From the sequence record OQ790161.1: a DNA stretch of 64,000 nucleotides; one strand, 5' to 3'. The notes under the pieces were generated by a model. That model was given only the letters and a program-made list of their open reading frames with translations. It searched no databases and was not told the origin of the DNA. The position numbers and the translations under genes are program-made. Numbering within the stretch: position 1 is the first letter of the stretch; every line of letters begins with the position of its first letter. Below, one piece after another: positions 60,273 through 64,000 of the stretch.

Positions 60273-63134
60273 TTACAGAGCACCGGAGTTGTTGTACTCA
60301 CCGCTGGCAGGTTCCTCTTCCGAGGTATTGCCGCCGATGTCATCCAACGCATCCATTCCCGGCGGAGCCAGATCGTCCAAACCACCCGAACTGGTGTCGG
60401 TCATGTCACCTTCGCCACCAGCACCTTGGTCGTCAGGAGCCCCGAAGGTATCTCCGCCACCAAAGCTCTCGCCACCGCCGAAGGAATCACCACCACCCGC
60501 ATCAGCACCCACCAGACCCGCCAGCTTCTGCACGGCCGGGTCAGTGATCTCACGACGGATGGCAAACTCGTACATGACCTTAAGCAGGGAATCACCCATG
60601 GTCTTGACGTGTTCGGTGATGTTCTTGAAGATGTCCGGACGTTCGTCTTCATCACCGGTCAGCAGTTCATGCAGTTCCGGCAAGACGTTGTTGTCGTGCA
60701 TCCAGCGGCGCATCAGTTCGGCCTTGATGGCTTCCTTGGTCGGATCGACCAAGTCCGTCAGACCGCCCAAACCCTTGGACTCCAAGTACGACTGGTTGAT
60801 GTACGAGCCCAGCGCCTTGTCATAAGCCTGTTCCTGTGCATCGTAGGCTTCCATCTGTGCACGGGTGGTTGCCATGTCCGGCTTGGGCAGGGAAACCAAG
60901 ATGCACTGCAAGAACTCCATGATCACCGCGTCCTGGTTCATCTCCTCGAGATTTTCCAGTTGCTCGTTGAACGACTCGGTGGACACGAAGGATTCGTTGG
61001 AAACACCAGCGCCCTTGTTGAGCACCTTGCGCTCTTCCTTGGCCTGCTCAGACAGCTTCTGCTGCTTGGCCTGTTCCTTGGTGAGCTTGTGGCGGTTTTC
61101 CTTGATGATCTTGCGCAGTTCATCCATGATCGAGCCGTCAGCCAGAATGTACTTCTTGACGAAGTCACGCAGGTACTCTTCCAGACGACCCTGATAGGTC
61201 AGCACGCGCTTGGCCAGCAGGAGGTTGTTGGCCAACACCGAGGTTGCGAACTCAGCATTGGCACCAGCATCCACCATGTCCGGGGACAAGCCCATGGCCA
61301 TCAGGTGACGATCACGCAGGTCCTTCATCATCGAATCGTCAGGCTTGGTGCGGTTGCTCTGACGTTCGTTGACTTCGAACTTGACTTCCGGCCAACGGGT
61401 GTTGCCCGTGACCTCAACGTCCACCGATGCGTTTTGCAGGTAGCTGATGACGTCGGTCGGATTGGTTGCGCCCAGCGGGAACGAACCTTGACGGGTCTTG
61501 GCGTACTCGCCCATCAAGAACTCGACGGTGTGGCTGGGGTTGGGATCTTCCGGATCCAGCGTGATGCCCAGACGGGTACGGTTGATCGCGTTCTTGATCG
61601 ACCCCATCGTCTCGGCAAACAGGCTCAGCACACGGATGCCGCCCAGGATCTTGGATGCCTGCAACAGCGAACGGCCGATGCCGTACTTGTTGTAGTCAAA
61701 GGCGATGTAGGTCATCATTTCCGCCGGGACGTACAGTACCTGCGTCTGCTGACGCTGCATTGCACGGGCGAACATGACACGGTACACCTCTTCAGGCGCG
61801 GTGACTTCCACGTTGTTACCGTAGGCACCATTGCGCAGGCGGTCGGTCAATTCCTTTTCCAGGAACTGGCCGTAGATCCGCGACATCTCATTGATCTCGT
61901 GCTGACGGTCGGTCGCCTGACCTTCCATACCGCGCTTGGCCTGTTGCAGCAACTGCGAACCCATCGACGAGTTCGGGTTGAGCGAGTTGGCCATATCGGC
62001 GTAGTAGTCACGCTGCTGCGCTGCATTGAGCGGGTTGCCCATGCCGTCGAGCATGATGAAGTATCCCAGATGCTTTTCCGGGTTGGACGGCTGGTGAACC
62101 GGGATCACCGATTCAGACGGCAGCTTGAGCACCAGCGGGTGACCGATCGTGGGACGATTCAGTTCACGCGAGGGCTGGAGCATCATGATCGGCTGATGCT
62201 GGTACTGGGTACCACGCGGGGCACCGTAGCCCATCTGCATACCCGAGGTGTAGCTTTCCTGTGACACGTTCAACGAGGCCGAACGCAGTCCGGTCATGCC
62301 ACGACGTTGTAGCAGGTGGAAGGTACGGTCTTGGGTGATACGACGCTGGAGGCTGGCCACCTTGAGGATGTTCGGGTTGTCCACGATTTCCAACTGCGGA
62401 TCCAGACCGTAGCACTTCTGGGTCACCGCCGCATTGTACTCGGTAGCGCCGCCGTAGTTCTCCAGACCGAAGTTGATTCGGGTACCGGAGGTCTGTCCTT
62501 CAACGTTGTTACCCAGGAAGCCAAAGCAGCGCAGCTTGCCGCTGGGATCGAAGTCTTCCCCGAGGGCTTCCATCGAAACGCGACCGGGGTTGTTGATGGC
62601 GCGGTCGATGGTCGACTCGGCCAAGATCAGCAGCGGGTAGGAGCCGGTCAGGAAGAGTGCGTCTTCCAGCGAAGGCTTCAGCAAGTCGCTAATCTTGTAG
62701 ATCTTCTCGAAGTGGTCGGTGACCACGTTCAACATCTGTCCGGCCAATTCGCTGTTGAAGCGGTTGGTTTCGAGACTGAAGTTGATGCCGGTGGTTACCA
62801 GATCCTTGGGAGCCAGAATTGAACTGACGAGGATCTGCATTGCCAGCTCTGTCTCGGGCAGCAGCTGGAAGATGGTCTGTGCGTCACTGACGTCATTTGC
62901 CGTCAAATCCGTGATGCGTTGCAGCAGGCCCATGTCCGGCGCCTGAAGACCACGGTCACGTCGGCCCGTGTTGGTCGTGATCATTCCAGCGCCAAAGCGC
63001 TGGTTGCTCATTTCCGGCACGTACTTCGACGTCAGTGCTGCGATTTCGTTCATGCGACCTGTCGGATTCAGACGCGGGTACGCACTGCGGGCCTCCATGG
63101 GCACCGCATAAGACGGCGAAAGCGAATTGGACAT
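60273..63134 (-). CDS. Portal protein (phiKZ gp129 homolog)
   Basis: 953 aa; IFQLLPETELAMQILVSSILAPKD, HPLVLKLPSESVIPVH, GYFIMLDG.GNP, YVPAEMMTYIAFDY...G.G.SLL; acidic Gly-rich tail. Confidence 0.78.
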   Translation of the reverse strand: MSNSLSPSYAVPMEARSAYPRLNPTGRMNEIAALTSKYVPEMSNQRFGAGMITTNTGRRDRGLQAPDMGLLQRITDLTANDVSDAQTIFQLLPETELAMQILVSSILAPKDLVTTGINFSLETNRFNSELAGQMLNVVTDHFEKIYKISDLLKPSLEDALFLTGSYPLLILAESTIDRAINNPGRVSMEALGEDFDPSGKLRCFGFLGNNVEGQTSGTRINFGLENYGGATEYNAAVTQKCYGLDPQLEIVDNPNILKVASLQRRITQDRTFHLLQRRGMTGLRSASLNVSQESYTSGMQMGYGAPRGTQYQHQPIMMLQPSRELNRPTIGHPLVLKLPSESVIPVHQPSNPEKHLGYFIMLDGMGNPLNAAQQRDYYADMANSLNPNSSMGSQLLQQAKRGMEGQATDRQHEINEMSRIYGQFLEKELTDRLRNGAYGNNVEVTAPEEVYRVMFARAMQRQQTQVLYVPAEMMTYIAFDYNKYGIGRSLLQASKILGGIRVLSLFAETMGSIKNAINRTRLGITLDPEDPNPSHTVEFLMGEYAKTRQGSFPLGATNPTDVISYLQNASVDVEVTGNTRWPEVKFEVNERQSNRTKPDDSMMKDLRDRHLMAMGLSPDMVDAGANAEFATSVLANNLLLAKRVLTYQGRLEEYLRDFVKKYILADGSIMDELRKIIKENRHKLTKEQAKQQKLSEQAKEERKVLNKGAGVSNESFVSTESFNEQLENLEEMNQDAVIMEFLQCILVSLPKPDMATTRAQMEAYDAQEQAYDKALGSYINQSYLESKGLGGLTDLVDPTKEAIKAELMRRWMHDNNVLPELHELLTGDEDERPDIFKNITEHVKTMGDSLLKVMYEFAIRREITDPAVQKLAGLVGADAGGGDSFGGGESFGGGDTFGAPDDQGAGGEGDMTDTSSGGLDDLAPPGMDALDDIGGNTSEEEPASGEYNNSGAL

Positions 63135-63182
63135 AAATGCTAACCTCTGAAGCTAACTTTTTCGTGTTTTGGGAGACGCCCC

Positions 63183-64000
63183 GTGTCAAAGGCGCAATAC
63201 GACATTTACCGACGCAAAGTCCTTGACCTTGCAAGGACACTGGTCGTAAAGAGCTCTGCGTCTGCAGACGCTATCAATCGTGAGTTGCGGGCCTTGGGCT
63301 TGGCGATTAACGAGAACGACCCCGAGAGTTGGAAATACTACCTGCACTTGGCTGGTGAATATCACAGCACCTCGGTGCTGATGACAGTCAAGTCGTTGGA
63401 TACCCTTACCGACATTCCCTTTACCAAGGATAGTCTGGTCAATCATCTGGCCACGATGCGTGAGTACCGACAATTCGGTTCTTATTATCGTGCGCTGGTC
63501 TCTCGTTACCCTGATCAAGAAGACCTCATCCGAGGCATCCTCAATCCGGTTGACATTGACACAGCAATCGCCGCAGAAGATGGGCAAATCCTCTACTTCG
63601 ATCCGGAGTTGGTAGAGTCCAACGAAGAAAACCTGATCCCCAAGCTGGAGAACTGGTGTAAGGTGTTCAGCCGTCGATGGCTGGTCCGTGCATATGCCCA
63701 GGTCGATGACCTGTACGTGCCGGCGCACCTCACCCTGATGTACATGCTCATCCCCTCAGTGGTGATGAACATCCGCTTGGCAAACTGTCATACCAATTAC
63801 GCACATTCCTACCATATCCGCGAGTACTTGGCCAGCCATCAAAAGCTGGACTGGGCTGTGGATTACATGACCAAGAAACAGATGCTCTGGCTGTATCGTG
63901 AGATCCGTTTCATTGAGCGTAATGCCGGTAAACAGTCGACGTTCAAGTCGTTGATCCAGCATATCCTGACCGAGCGCAGCTTGCCGCTGGCCGAATGGAA
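63183..64000 (+). CDS. Conserved chimallivirus virion structural protein, 5' part (runs off window)
   Basis: Open frame from GTG 63183: WKYYLHLAGEYH, SLDTL..I.FTK, YPDQEDLIRGILNPVDIDTAIAA, AHSYHIREYLASH, YREIRFIERNAGKQSTF; divergent from portal. Confidence 0.8.
   Translation, partial: MSKAQYDIYRRKVLDLARTLVVKSSASADAINRELRALGLAINENDPESWKYYLHLAGEYHSTSVLMTVKSLDTLTDIPFTKDSLVNHLATMREYRQFGSYYRALVSRYPDQEDLIRGILNPVDIDTAIAAEDGQILYFDPELVESNEENLIPKLENWCKVFSRRWLVRAYAQVDDLYVPAHLTLMYMLIPSVVMNIRLANCHTNYAHSYHIREYLASHQKLDWAVDYMTKKQMLWLYREIRFIERNAGKQSTFKSLIQHILTERSLPLAEW

Noticed and set aside
60273-60480. GGDSFGGGESFGGGDTFG repeat in portal C-terminus as a DNA tandem repeat
   Set aside because: Short protein-level low-complexity tail; acidic/Gly-rich portal tails appear ordinary for this group.
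201-64000. Many long antisense ORFs in the six-frame track (e.g. 13655..16234, 31034..33292, 35192..37828, 51179..53740, 56767..58914, 60234..62264)
   Set aside because: They mirror real genes on the opposite strand. This is the usual shadow ORF artefact of high GC3 codon bias; they have no RBS, motifs or protein-like composition.
1-64000. tRNA, rRNA, CRISPR array, IS/transposase, integrase
   Set aside because: No cloverleaf with TΨC/D-loop consensus, no regularly spaced direct repeats, and no transposase or recombinase motifs were seen. The GC hairpins are irregularly spaced and non-identical.

Overview
This 64-kb window is part of a GC-rich (visually about 60%) phiKZ-like jumbo phage genome (Chimalliviridae-type, probably nucleus-forming). 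The host is possibly Xanthomonas/Stenotrophomonas-like, which is inferred only from base composition. Taxonomic anchors are a phiKZ gp118-like DnaB helicase, a gp120-like major capsid protein (MCP), a gp123-like split non-virion RNA polymerase beta subunit and a gp129-like portal, in the conserved chimallivirus neighbourhood (49-64 kb). The left half (1-35 kb, + strand) is a dense accessory and nucleotide-metabolism region. It holds RecJ, a macrodomain protein, an SPFH protein, thioredoxin, PhoH, class Ia NrdAB, a MORN-repeat lipoprotein, an Rmf-like protein, an HslV/proteasome-like Ntn peptidase, a SleB-like lipoprotein hydrolase, a CYTH enzyme and DHFR. Positions 35-45 kb (- strand) hold seven paralogous tail-fibre/virion proteins that share an N-terminal domain, with a GT9 glycosyltransferase gene embedded among them. 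The main observations are: (1) a free-standing 205-aa paralog of the MCP middle domain next to nrdB; (2) the GT9 gene inside the tail-fibre array; (3) non-coding, highly structured intergenic RNA candidates, one with repeated CCCC-loop hairpins; (4) GC-rich hairpins across the window flanked by CATA/TATG rather than U-tracts; (5) a four-member family of small basic proteins sharing an RGxFxHxxKGK motif; (6) an about 65-aa insertion between the two catalytic cysteines of NrdA; (7) an apparent frame disruption at a G-run in the gene after MCP. No tRNA, rRNA, CRISPR array, IS element or intact intein was recognised. All family assignments come from motifs read by eye; no database search was run.
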